The position numbers and the translations under genes are program-made. The notes below the pieces were generated by a model. It saw nothing but the letters and a program-made list of their open reading frames with translations. It did not search any database and had not been told where the DNA came from. A stretch of DNA of 64,000 nt from Cyanobacteria bacterium P01_A01_bin.123 (GTDB taxonomy: Bacteria; Cyanobacteriota; Cyanobacteriia; Phormidesmidales; Phormidesmidaceae). The DNA lies in assembly GCA_039815185.1 (NCBI GenBank), contig JBCBZT010000037.1, positions 1 to 64,000 on the forward strand, in the 5' to 3' direction. Below are positions 40,060-49,339 of this stretch, one piece after another; positions within the stretch are counted from its first letter, which is position 1, and each line of letters opens with the position of its first letter.

Positions 40060-41166
40060 CTATCTGGTGGCGCAGGGTTGGGTCAGATTTTGCAGGGAGA
40101 GTGAGACGGGCTGGGCAGCGGTTGGTCGAGGGTCTCGGTTCGTTCGAGACTGCTCTATCTCGCCATGAGCTTTCAACAGAGCTGCTACTTTTTTGCGAAT
40201 CATGATGCCGGGACGATCGGTAAACATGTGTTCTTCTCGGCTGGGATGCAGGGGTACATCGTAGTCGGTTGACTCTAGAATGCGTTTGTCTTCTAGGGTG
40301 ACGGCGCGATCAAAGGCAATCACGTCATCCGCAGGGGTATCTACTTCGGTATCGTTGCGGACGCAAAACTGCACCATCTGTGACCAGGTATCGCTAATCG
40401 GAGTCATCGTATTGACCACGATGTGAACCAAGCCATTGGGATAGGTAATTTTCAGCTTGATGGTAAAGGGCATCAACCAGTCCATGGCTAGTGTGCGCAG
40501 GGTCTGTGCCTCAGACATTTTGAGATTTTGTTGCTGCAGAGCTGGGTTAACGACGCCTAGGGTGCCATAGACATGAATTCCCCAGTCTGTTTCAGTAATC
40601 TCCAGTTCGTCTGGGGTAGGGTGATCTCCACTGCCAAAGGTTTCAGTGTGCACAAAGGTAGGATGGGCCAGATCCAACTCGTTTTCCATCACGCGCAGTC
40701 CGGCACACTGCCAGGGTTCATAGAATTCTTGAATCAGACGGTAGTCCGGATCGCTGGCCTCACTAATTTCGGGAATGTCGATCAGCGGCTCATCGAGACA
40801 CACCCAGATATAGCCATAGCGTTCGGCACAGCGATAGGATTCAACCCGATAGTTCGCCGGAACCTTGCCGTCGTCTTTGAGCTGAGGCACCCGAACACAA
40901 GTTCCAGCGGCATCAAACTCCCAACCGTGATAAGGACAGCAAATGCGACCCGCCTCGACCCGCCCCAATGAAAGCTTCGCGGTGCGGTGACAGCAGCGAT
41001 CGCGCACCGCCGCCGGACTCCCCTGCTGATCTAGCCAAAGCACGAGGGGTTCGCCCAATAGTTCAAAGGCTTGCGGCCCCGCCATGAGATGCTGGCGGGG
41101 CATCACAGGATACCAAAAGCGACGGAATACGGGCTGCTGAGTGACTAACATAATGGGTTGATCCAA
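40060..41166 (-). CDS. Rieske non-heme iron oxygenase alpha subunit (VanA/NdmA/HpxD class)
   Basis: Rieske CCHR...CPYHGW; mononuclear Fe motif ENELDLAHPTFVH; C-terminal EDKRILES. Confidence 0.92.
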   Translation of the reverse strand: MDQPIMLVTQQPVFRRFWYPVMPRQHLMAGPQAFELLGEPLVLWLDQQGSPAAVRDRCCHRTAKLSLGRVEAGRICCPYHGWEFDAAGTCVRVPQLKDDGKVPANYRVESYRCAERYGYIWVCLDEPLIDIPEISEASDPDYRLIQEFYEPWQCAGLRVMENELDLAHPTFVHTETFGSGDHPTPDELEITETDWGIHVYGTLGVVNPALQQQNLKMSEAQTLRTLAMDWLMPFTIKLKITYPNGLVHIVVNTMTPISDTWSQMVQFCVRNDTEVDTPADDVIAFDRAVTLEDKRILESTDYDVPLHPSREEHMFTDRPGIMIRKKVAALLKAHGEIEQSRTNRDPRPTAAQPVSLSLQNLTQPCATR

Positions 41167-41184
41167 GAAAGCTTCTCTGCATTC

Positions 41185-41199
41185 TGTATACAGTACACA
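41185..41199. promoter_or_regulatory. Putative GntR operator upstream of the Rieske oxygenase
   Basis: TGTATACAGTACACA, one mismatch to TGTATACNGTATACA. Confidence 0.65.
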
Positions 41200-41252
41200 T
41201 CAAAACGTTTTTGTAAGACGTGATGCGATTTAGCTATTTTCCCCATCTCCCT

Positions 41253-42215
41253 CTACTCCCCATCTCCCCCTGCCTCCCGCCTAACTTGAATCAACTCTGC
41301 ACAGATACTGACGGCAATCTCCCCTGGCGTTAATGCGCCAATCTGAAGGCCGATTGGCGCATGCAGACTATCTAACTGGGCATCTGATATGCCTTGCTCC
41401 CGCAGCGATCGCAGTACAATTTGAACCCGCTTTTGAGAGCCAATCATGCCGATGTAGCGACAGGCGATGTTCTGCTCAAGAATGCTGGCTAAGGCAGCTA
41501 GATCGAAAGGATATCCCCGCGTGACTAATGCCACATACAGTGCTGGATATTGACTGACTTGTTGCAGTACCTGGTCAATGGCGGTGGTAAAGATGAAGTT
41601 GGCTTGCGGATAGAGATCAGGATTGGCAAACTGCGATCGCTCATCTTGAATCGCAATTTGAAATCCGGCTAGGTGCGCGACCTTTGCCAGGGCTTCGCCG
41701 ACATGTCCTGCCCCTACGATCAACAGCAGCGGCGGCGGCGTCAAACATTCAATCAAGGCTGTCGGGGTGAGTTGTCTGTTAACTGCCACCCGCACCGCTG
41801 GCCCCATGATTGGCGTCTCTTCAGTTGAGAATGGCGTAATGAGTTGAAGGCTTTGCCCCTTTTGAAGCGCTAGCACAATTGATTCAGCTAAATTGAGCGC
41901 CTCAGGGCCTGACCAGCGTTCTAACCAAAGGCTCATTTGACCGCCACAAATGCCTTCTTTTAAGGCGTTAACCTCTCCGGTTAAGTCGATATGAGCCCGT
42001 TGTTTTTGGCCCGTTTCTAGTAGCGATCGCCCCTGTGCAATCATTTTGGCTTCACCTGCACCGCCACCGATGGTGTCAAAGATCCAGTCTGCCCCAATCA
42101 GCATTTTCGCCCCGACTTCTCTGGGAACGGAGCCCTTGGTCTCGATGACAGTAGCGATAACGACGGGTTGCGATCGCAGCTTTTCAGCCAATTTTTGATA
42201 GAGGGCAATGGTCAT
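41253..42215 (-). CDS. xdhC: XdhC/CoxI family Moco-insertion accessory protein
   Basis: GSVPREVGAKM, TIGGG, ICGG, GAGHVG, YIGMIGS and LHAPIGL.IGA.TP.EIAVSI. Confidence 0.93.
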   Translation of the reverse strand: MTIALYQKLAEKLRSQPVVIATVIETKGSVPREVGAKMLIGADWIFDTIGGGAGEAKMIAQGRSLLETGQKQRAHIDLTGEVNALKEGICGGQMSLWLERWSGPEALNLAESIVLALQKGQSLQLITPFSTEETPIMGPAVRVAVNRQLTPTALIECLTPPPLLLIVGAGHVGEALAKVAHLAGFQIAIQDERSQFANPDLYPQANFIFTTAIDQVLQQVSQYPALYVALVTRGYPFDLAALASILEQNIACRYIGMIGSQKRVQIVLRSLREQGISDAQLDSLHAPIGLQIGALTPGEIAVSICAELIQVRREAGGDGE

Positions 42216-42285
42216 GGACAGGAGCTTTGCAAGTTAAAGATCAGCAGTTGGGGTGCAAACTCAGCAAGACCGAAGCCACCATGCA

Positions 42286-42693
42286 CTAGCCATTCTCCAC
42301 CCAGTTTTCAAGCACGATGCCAGGGTAAACGCGAAAATCGTCGAGATTGTTCGTGACCAGTGTCAAATTTAGACTTTTGGCATGACTAGCAATCAACTTA
42401 TCTAGTGCATCCCGCCGTCGTTCCGGGGCGGCAGATCTAACCAATGCATACGCCTTAGCTGCCAATTGCTCAAAGGGAAGCGCTGGAATAATTTTGAGCA
42501 ACGCATCTAAAGCCAGGCGATTCTGCTTCTGCGTTACTGCACTACTTTTGTAAACGCCATACTCCAACTCGGCCAGGGTAATTGCTGAAATGACAACTTC
42601 CCCCTGGCGACATTCGGCAAAACGACGAGCGACGGAGGGCGGCTGTTGCTTAATGATGTAAATACAGATGTTCGTATCGAGCATGTATTTCAA
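42286..42693 (-). CDS. vapC: VapC PIN-domain toxin
   Basis: YMLDTNICI, ISAITLAELEYG, DKLIASHA and LVTNNLDDF. Confidence 0.95.
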   Translation of the reverse strand: MKYMLDTNICIYIIKQQPPSVARRFAECRQGEVVISAITLAELEYGVYKSSAVTQKQNRLALDALLKIIPALPFEQLAAKAYALVRSAAPERRRDALDKLIASHAKSLNLTLVTNNLDDFRVYPGIVLENWVENG

Positions 42694-42923
42694 AGCGCTT
42701 CTCGCTCCTGGGTCGTCTGTTCTGGGCGCCCCTCAGCCATGAAATCATCAGAAAAGGCTGCAAACAGCTCTAAAACATTGGTGAGAGGAGTCCCTATGGG
42801 GGTAATGATCAAGCGATCGCCCTGGCGCTCAATTTCATACTCGATATCTAATTGCTCGAACTGTAACTCTTTCGGAATTCGAACAGCTTGTGAATTACCA
42901 CTTTGAAAAACACGAGTACGCAT
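42690..42923 (-). CDS. vapB: VapB antitoxin (AbrB/MazE/VagC type)
   Basis: RVFQSGNSQAVRIPKE; ATGA overlap with vapC. Confidence 0.95.
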   Translation of the reverse strand: MRTRVFQSGNSQAVRIPKELQFEQLDIEYEIERQGDRLIITPIGTPLTNVLELFAAFSDDFMAEGRPEQTTQEREAL

Positions 42924-42944
42924 AAGTTCACATCAACAAAAATC

Positions 42945-42961
42945 GTATATACAGTATATAC
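42945..42961. promoter_or_regulatory. Palindromic operator upstream of vapBC, overlapping a TATACT -10 on the minus strand
   Basis: GTATATAC-A-GTATATAC perfect palindrome. Confidence 0.65.
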
Positions 42962-43043
42962 ATTCACTATCATGATGTGGGACATTAGCCGTGATTAATT
43001 CAAGATCGTTAGAAGTCACCATCGAGGAATCATAAGAAATCAG

Positions 43044-43086
43044 AAAAAATGGCCGTTTAGCCCCATCAAAGCTAAACGGCAAAAAA
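43044..43086 (-). terminator. Intrinsic terminator after the xdhAB-ABC operon
   Basis: GCCGTTTAGC-N9-GCTAAACGGC hairpin followed by a T-run on the minus strand. Confidence 0.8.
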
Positions 43087-43116
43087 CTTTGCAAAGATAG
43101 GGGCAAAATTCCTTAT

Positions 43117-43989
43117 CTAGAAAGCAGGCAAAGGCGGTAGAGGTTCACCCAACCACGTTTGAGAAAAGTCATCTAACTCACCCCCCAAACGCTTGTGGTA
43201 AATAAAGGTATTGACCCACTGCAACAGGTCAACTTCACCCCGGCGCAAACCAATATGGGCCGGAGATTCTTTGATAATAAATTTACTCTCAATATTTTTA
43301 TCGGGATTATTTTGTGCTAGCTCAGCTGCCACAACATTACCTGTAGCGATCATATCAACTTGACCAGAAATTAAAGACGACGCGGTCAAGCTATTATCGG
43401 CAAAGCGTTCAATCTCAACATCATCAGAGACCGCATCAGTGAGTTCAAGATCTTCTAACGTACCCTGGGTAACGCCGATTTTATAACCGCCCAGATCTGC
43501 GAACTCGCTCACATCAGAAATCTCTGTCGGCCCGTAAAGCCCAGAGAAGAAGGGTGCATAGGGAATCGAGAAGAAAATTGACTTAGCCCGCTCAGGATTG
43601 GCTCCCATACTGGAGATCACCAAATCGGCTTTGTTGGTTTGTAAAAAAGGAATGCGATTATCGCTGGTCACTGGCACCAACTCCAATTCGACACCCAGAT
43701 CTTCTGCCAGTAGTGTCGCGACATCAATATCATATCCCTCTAAATTGCCGCTGGCATCAACTGAACCGAAGGGGGCAAAATCCTGGGGCACAGCAATTTT
43801 GATGGTGCCTACTTCAATAATGTTATCTAAACTAGAGACCACTACTTCATCTTGTGCTGTAACGCTGGGCGTACCGCCGCCATTAACACAAGCAACCGCA
43901 ACTAACGAAAAGATACAGGCAAAACAAGCGATTAAAACGGTCTGTAACCACTTCTTTGGCATTGAAATACGCATAGATACTATCCTCAT
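43117..43989 (-). CDS. Polar amino-acid-type ABC transporter substrate-binding lipoprotein
   Basis: Lipobox-like VAC, IAVPQDFAPFG, GYDIDVA, NRIPFLQ.NKADLVISS and ERAK.I.FS.PY. Confidence 0.92.
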   Translation of the reverse strand: MRIVSMRISMPKKWLQTVLIACFACIFSLVAVACVNGGGTPSVTAQDEVVVSSLDNIIEVGTIKIAVPQDFAPFGSVDASGNLEGYDIDVATLLAEDLGVELELVPVTSDNRIPFLQTNKADLVISSMGANPERAKSIFFSIPYAPFFSGLYGPTEISDVSEFADLGGYKIGVTQGTLEDLELTDAVSDDVEIERFADNSLTASSLISGQVDMIATGNVVAAELAQNNPDKNIESKFIIKESPAHIGLRRGEVDLLQWVNTFIYHKRLGGELDDFSQTWLGEPLPPLPAF

Positions 43990-44046
43990 TGAATATGCTC
44001 AAATTAACAGGCATCGGGTTGATCGAAGTATCCGAGAATACATTTT

Positions 44047-44694
44047 TTATTGCCGCGCTAAGACTTTTTCCAATTTTCGGCTCCAGGCAGAGATGGGAAA
44101 GCAGATTCCAAAATAAATCACCGCAGTCAAAAAGTAGACAAAGAAGGGCTGAAAAGTGACATTAGTGATGTTGGTGGCAGAACGAGCTAGCTCGACAAAA
44201 CCAATGGCAGAAGCCAAAGAAGTTCCCTTAATCACCTGGGCTAAGAAACCAACCGTGGGAGCGATCGCCAGCCGTAGCGCTTGGGGCAAAATAACCAGTC
44301 CCAATTGTTGAAAATAGTTGAGACTCAAGGATTTAGAAGCTTCCCACTGACCTCGAGGAATAGCTTCTACGGCCCCACGCCAAATGTCGCCTAGAAAGGC
44401 ACTCGTAAAAGTCGTTAAGGCAATAGTGGCCGATGTCCAGGGGCTGAGTTCTATCCCTAAAATACTCAAACCAAAGAAGGCCAGAAGAAATTGAATTAAC
44501 AGCGGCGTACCCTGGACAATTTCTGTATATAGCCAACTCAAATATTTAATCGGTTTAAACTTCGAAATTCTCATCAAGAGCAACAAACCGCCTGCAATAC
44601 CACCACAAACAAAGGCGACAGCAGACAACAAGAGCGTCCAGCGGGTAGCCCACAAGAGCGTATATAGAATTTCGAGATGGCTAAAATCTCTCAT
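44047..44694 (-). CDS. Amino-acid ABC transporter permease (HisM/GlnP type; ATG 44694, ORF extends to 44748)
   Basis: QGTPLLIQF, EAA loop RGAVEAIPRGQWEASKSL, ILPQA and KGTSL. Confidence 0.93.
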   Translation of the reverse strand: MRDFSHLEILYTLLWATRWTLLLSAVAFVCGGIAGGLLLLMRISKFKPIKYLSWLYTEIVQGTPLLIQFLLAFFGLSILGIELSPWTSATIALTTFTSAFLGDIWRGAVEAIPRGQWEASKSLSLNYFQQLGLVILPQALRLAIAPTVGFLAQVIKGTSLASAIGFVELARSATNITNVTFQPFFVYFLTAVIYFGICFPISAWSRKLEKVLARQ

Positions 44695-44698
44695 GGAC

Positions 44699-45370
44699 TT
44701 AAATGTAACGGGTGAATTTAAACAATTGCTTGTGGAGTAGGTGGGCAATCAACTTAAAACTGAGGGCCAGCAGAATATAAATTAGGGCGATCGCCAAATA
44801 AATTTCAAAATCACGGAAGGTCCGCGATCGCAGAAAATTGCCCACAAAGGTGAGTTCTTCAGCCGAAATTTGAGAGACGATACTTGACAGCAGCATCAGC
44901 AAAATAACCTGGCTGGTAAGTGCTGGGTAAATAGTGGCAATCGCAGGTTTTAAGACCACCAAACGGAAAACCTGGAGGGGCTTGAGTCCCAAAGATAAGC
45001 CTGCTTCGATTTGGTTTGGGTCAATCCCTTGAATGCCGGCTCGAATAATTTCAGTGGCGTAGGCGCCAAAGTTAAGCACTAGGGCAAGCAGCGCAGCTTG
45101 GTCAGACCCTAACTTTGGTCCCAAACTAGAAATACCGAAAAAGATAAAGAGTAGCTGGACTAAGAAAGGGGTATTTCGAATCGCCTCAACGTAGGCAGTT
45201 GCAACCGTAGTCAAAAATCGATTTTTAGACGTCCGGCACAGGGCTCCCACCACACCGACGAGCAACCCGATCAAGGTTGCCAACACCGACAGACGTAGGG
45301 TGAGCCACACGCCATTGAGCAGCAAATCCCAATTATCCCAAATAACTTGAAACTGAAATCGATAGGTCAT
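44699..45370 (-). CDS. Amino-acid ABC transporter permease (HisQ type)
   Basis: YVEAIRNTPFLVQL and AYATEIIRAGIQGI..NQIEAG.SLG. Confidence 0.93.
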   Translation of the reverse strand: MTYRFQFQVIWDNWDLLLNGVWLTLRLSVLATLIGLLVGVVGALCRTSKNRFLTTVATAYVEAIRNTPFLVQLLFIFFGISSLGPKLGSDQAALLALVLNFGAYATEIIRAGIQGIDPNQIEAGLSLGLKPLQVFRLVVLKPAIATIYPALTSQVILLMLLSSIVSQISAEELTFVGNFLRSRTFRDFEIYLAIALIYILLALSFKLIAHLLHKQLFKFTRYI

Positions 45371-45388
45371 CTTTGGTGTAGAGATGCA

Positions 45389-47710
45389 TCAAGTTTCTAC
45401 TGAGATGGGATGGACACATCTAGCTGCTTCAATCGCGCTCAAAGTTGCTTCCGGGGTGGCTGGAGAGGCTAAGGGCACCCAGTTTGTGTTGCCAAATGTG
45501 ATCGCCGCCTCCCTCACAGCCTGTCGCACAGCCAAAGCCAACAACAGCGGCGGTTCCCCCACGGCTTTACTGCCATAGATAGTGCCGTCTTGAGAGGCAC
45601 GGGTGAGCAGATGAACATTAAACTGTTCCGGGATTTCGCTAATGGTGGGGATTTTGTAGGTGCTGGGCGCAGTCACCAGGGGACGGCCATCCTCGGCCCA
45701 GACCAGTTCTTCCATCGTCAGCCAGCCCATGCCTTGGGTAAAGGCCCCCTCAATTTGGCCCTGATCGACCAGGGGATTGAGCGACTCGCCTACATCGTGG
45801 ACAATATCCACCCGGCGCAGTTTGAAGGTGCCGGTAAAGCCATCGACCTCAACCTCGCTGACCGCTGCACTATAGACAAAATAGTAGAAGGGGCGACCCT
45901 GGCCTGTCTCTTTGTCAAAATAGATATTGGGAGTGCGGTAGTAGCCCGTCGCCGAGAGACTGACGCGCCGGTTATAAGCTTCTTGCACCACCGCATCAAA
46001 GCTGACCCGGCACTCTGGATGCCCGGCGCAGTAAACCCAATCTTCGGCGAACACCAATTCTTCTGGGGCGTACAGATCCAACATACGGGCGGCGACTCGG
46101 CTGAGCCGTTCTTTAATGCATTCGCAGGCATCTTTAACCGCCTGACCATTCAGGTCTGAGCCACTGGAGGCGGCTGTGGCTGAGGTATTCGGCACCTTGT
46201 CGGTACTGGTTGGCATCATCCGAAATCGATTCAGGTTAACGCCCAGCGACCGGGCGGCCACCTGCAACATTTTGGTGTGGAGCCCCTGGCCCATTTCGGT
46301 GCCCCCATGGTTGAGCTGAATGCTGCCATCTAGATAGATCAGGATCAGCGCCCCGGCCTGGTTTGGGGTTTGGGAGGTGAAGGAAATGCCAAATTTAATC
46401 GGGCAGATGGAAATGCCCCGCTTTTGGTAGGGATGCATGGCATTAAACTGCTCGACCTCTGCCCGCCGGGCGTCAAAATTGGCAACTGATTTCAGCTCAT
46501 CCCAAACCCGCTGAATCCGATTATCGCGGACGTCCTGGCCGTAGTGGGTGGTGTTGGTTTCGCCTGAACCTCGATAAAAGTTCCGTTCTCGCACAATGTG
46601 GGGTGGCAGGTTCAGCGTGTGGGCCACTCGCTCGACAATCTCTTCCATCACGAAAATACCCTGGGGGGAGCCAAACCCGCGAAAGGCGGTGTTGGAGACT
46701 TTGTGGGTTTTCACAACCCGCCCCCGAACCGCAAAGTCGGGTACGTAGTAGGTGTTGTCAATGCGTAGGACAGCGGCCTGCACCACCAGGGGCGACAGAT
46801 CCGTACTCCACCCACCATCAGCGAACAGATCAACATCGACGGCTGTGATCACCCCAGTTTGGGTAAAACCCACCTGATACTGGGCCAAGAAATTATGCCG
46901 CTTGCCAGTGATGGTCATGTCTTGCTGGCGGTTGAGTCTGACTCTGACCGGACACCCGGTTTTTTGCACCGCGATCGCTGCCGCTGCCGCCATCAAATTC
47001 GCCTGGGTTTCTTTGCCGCCAAAACCGCCCCCCATACGCAGACAAGTCACCACCACATGGCTGCGGGGAATGCCGAGGACGTGGGCGATCGCAGTCTGAG
47101 TTTCGGTTGGGTGCTGGGTCCCGGCATAGACCTGATAGTTGCCGTCAGGGGCTGGAATAACCCAGCTAGCCTGGGTTTCAAGATAGAAATGATCCTGCCC
47201 GCCCAGCGTCACTTCGCCGCTCAGTCGGTTTTCCGCTGCATCCAGTGCAGTTAGGGGATAGCCTCGCTGCACCGATTGAGTCCCCCCGTGGAAACTTTGC
47301 TGGTCAATGGCGACGTGCAAATCGAGGAGTGGGGCTAGCGGCTCATACTCGATCTGCACCTGTAAAGCTCCCAACCGAGCCGCTTCTTCGGTTTCGCCCA
47401 CCACCCAGGCCACGGCTTGCCCCCAATAGCTCACTGTATCGACGGGCAGGAGTTCCTCATCTTCTACCATCGAGCCAATGTTGTTGACGCCAGTGATATC
47501 GGCAGCCGTAACCGTGGTGATCACACCGGGTACCGAGTGAGCGGCGGACACATCCAGCTGCAAAATCCGGGCGTGGGCATGGGGAGCCTGGACGGGCCAC
47601 AGGTGGAGCATGCCCGTCAGCAGTCGTTGATCATCGGTGTAGACCGCCTGCCCGGTGACATGGCCAATGGCGCTCTCGTGACTTTGTCTTTTTCCAACAA
47701 CTTTATCCAT
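45389..47710 (-). CDS. xdhB: Xanthine dehydrogenase molybdopterin-binding subunit (ATG 47710 overlaps xdhA stop)
   Basis: HESA..HVTG.A.YTDD, QDHFYLE, RMGGGFGGKETQ, AFRGFG, GGTEMGQGL, SATAAS and SKAVGEPP (catalytic Glu). Confidence 0.96.
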   Translation of the reverse strand: MDKVVGKRQSHESAIGHVTGQAVYTDDQRLLTGMLHLWPVQAPHAHARILQLDVSAAHSVPGVITTVTAADITGVNNIGSMVEDEELLPVDTVSYWGQAVAWVVGETEEAARLGALQVQIEYEPLAPLLDLHVAIDQQSFHGGTQSVQRGYPLTALDAAENRLSGEVTLGGQDHFYLETQASWVIPAPDGNYQVYAGTQHPTETQTAIAHVLGIPRSHVVVTCLRMGGGFGGKETQANLMAAAAAIAVQKTGCPVRVRLNRQQDMTITGKRHNFLAQYQVGFTQTGVITAVDVDLFADGGWSTDLSPLVVQAAVLRIDNTYYVPDFAVRGRVVKTHKVSNTAFRGFGSPQGIFVMEEIVERVAHTLNLPPHIVRERNFYRGSGETNTTHYGQDVRDNRIQRVWDELKSVANFDARRAEVEQFNAMHPYQKRGISICPIKFGISFTSQTPNQAGALILIYLDGSIQLNHGGTEMGQGLHTKMLQVAARSLGVNLNRFRMMPTSTDKVPNTSATAASSGSDLNGQAVKDACECIKERLSRVAARMLDLYAPEELVFAEDWVYCAGHPECRVSFDAVVQEAYNRRVSLSATGYYRTPNIYFDKETGQGRPFYYFVYSAAVSEVEVDGFTGTFKLRRVDIVHDVGESLNPLVDQGQIEGAFTQGMGWLTMEELVWAEDGRPLVTAPSTYKIPTISEIPEQFNVHLLTRASQDGTIYGSKAVGEPPLLLALAVRQAVREAAITFGNTNWVPLASPATPEATLSAIEAARCVHPISVET

Positions 47711-49106
47711 CGCTAAATTCAACAAAAAACTTCTCAAACAAATTAGCCACCAGTCGATTGCGATAGTCTGCACTGGCACGGAGGTCAGATAGCGGCGTAA
47801 ATGTACTGAGGAGCTGCGGTTTCACAGCCTGCACCGTTTCCAGCGTCCACGGTTGCCCCACCAGCATTTCTTCAATCGCGATCGCCCGAATTGGCGTCGC
47901 CGCCACCCCGCCATAGGCTAACCGGGCCAGCACAATGGTGCGGTGCTCATCCAAGTCAATCGTGAAGGTGGCGGCGACGATACTGATGTCATCCGTCCCC
48001 CGCTTACCCACTTTGTAGGATTGGCTCAGCCGTCGAGTCGCTCCCGGTGCGATCGCTTTGAGAATCGTCACTGTGACAATCACCTCGTCCGGTCGGCGGA
48101 TGGTTTGACGATAGCCGGTGAAAAAGTCTGCGATCGCCACTGTTCTGGTTCCAGCCGGACTCGCTAACATCAGCGTGGCATCCAACGCCAGCAAAACCGG
48201 GGGTAAATCGCCAATCGGAGAAGCCGTGCCGATATTGCCACCCAGCGTGGCGCGATTCCGCACCTGGCGCGCTGCGAACCAGTGCAGCATCTCATCTAAA
48301 GCAGGGAAAGCCCCTTGGAGAGAGACTTTGAAGTGGCTGAGCGGGACGGCTGCACCAATGGTCACCTGAGAATCGGTTTGCCTCAAAACTCGCAGCTCTT
48401 GAACCGCTTCCAGAGAGATCAAAACCGGATACTGTTGACGCCGATGGGTGAGTTCTAAGCCTAGATCCGTCGCGCCTGCCACCAGGGTTGCATCGGGATG
48501 CGTTTGCATCAGTGCCAACACATCACTCAACTGGGTGGGGCGATAAAACTGCTGCCCGTTGCCTTGATATTCCAGCGCTGGGAGGGGGTCAACCTCGGCC
48601 TGTTCTAACTGCGCCTGAAACGGATCTTGCGGATCGGGCAGGGACAAACTTGCCAACGCTCGGCGGATCGGCAAATACCCCGTGCAGCGACAGAGATTGC
48701 CCTCAACCGCTAAATCATCTGGGTTGCCATCGTAATAGGCGGCAAACATGCTCATGATGAAGCCGGGGGTGCAGTAGCCACATTGGGAACCGCCCAGTTC
48801 AACCATTTTTTCCTGCACGGGATGCAGCTTGCCGTTGGCCACCCCTTCAACGGTGATAATCTGCCGACCCGCTACGGATCCTAGAGGGATCAGACAGCTA
48901 TTCATGGCTTGATAATGTAGGCCACCATCCGCGCGATCGCCTACCACCACGACAGTGCAAGCCCCGCAGTCACCATCGGCGCAACCTTCCTTAGTGCCGA
49001 CCCGTCCGCTTTGACGCAGGTACTCTAGCAAGGTGAGGGTGGGGGAAATGTTCTCAAGCCGAGTCTGCTCTCCGTTGATGGTTAGGGTTAAGGGCATGTT
49101 GAGCAT
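47703..49106 (-). CDS. xdhA: Xanthine dehydrogenase small subunit (2x[2Fe-2S] + FAD)
   Basis: GTKEGCADGDCGAC, SQCGYCTPGF, GNLCRCTGY, AGATD, RNRATLGGN..ASPIGD and KR..DDIS. Confidence 0.96.
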   Translation of the reverse strand: MLNMPLTLTINGEQTRLENISPTLTLLEYLRQSGRVGTKEGCADGDCGACTVVVVGDRADGGLHYQAMNSCLIPLGSVAGRQIITVEGVANGKLHPVQEKMVELGGSQCGYCTPGFIMSMFAAYYDGNPDDLAVEGNLCRCTGYLPIRRALASLSLPDPQDPFQAQLEQAEVDPLPALEYQGNGQQFYRPTQLSDVLALMQTHPDATLVAGATDLGLELTHRRQQYPVLISLEAVQELRVLRQTDSQVTIGAAVPLSHFKVSLQGAFPALDEMLHWFAARQVRNRATLGGNIGTASPIGDLPPVLLALDATLMLASPAGTRTVAIADFFTGYRQTIRRPDEVIVTVTILKAIAPGATRRLSQSYKVGKRGTDDISIVAATFTIDLDEHRTIVLARLAYGGVAATPIRAIAIEEMLVGQPWTLETVQAVKPQLLSTFTPLSDLRASADYRNRLVANLFEKFFVEFSDG

Positions 49107-49171
49107 TCACTGCCATTGGGCTAAAGGGATCAGGCGATAAAATCAAGCTTCTCGAAGTCCCCAGCCCCCAA

Positions 49172-49315
49172 TCCAGGTGGAGCAAGCACTCAAAGCCCTC
49201 AGAATTCAGGGGTTGGAGGCCTCCGAAATTGTTGCCATACTACCGATATCGCGAAACATTTAATTGTCCAGCGTGAGCAAGAACTCAAAGCCTCCAATTC
49301 TCGAGGCTTGGGGGC
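49172..49315. repeat. Two ~49-bp imperfect direct repeats (cyanobacterial short dispersed repeat-like)
   Basis: 49172-49220 TCCAGGTGGAGCAAGCACTCAAAGCCCTCAGAATTCAGGGGTTGGAGGC versus 49267-49315 TCCAGCGTGAGCAAGAACTCAAAGCCTCCAATTCTCGAGGCTTGGGGGC. Confidence 0.7.
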
Positions 49316-49339
49316 TTCACCCACCGTCTCAACTGCTGC

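Noticed and set aside
41213..41226. NtcA-like box upstream of the Rieske gene (GCA-N8-TAC on the minus strand)
   Set aside because: One mismatch, and the spacing to a TAN3T hexamer is 17 nt rather than about 22.
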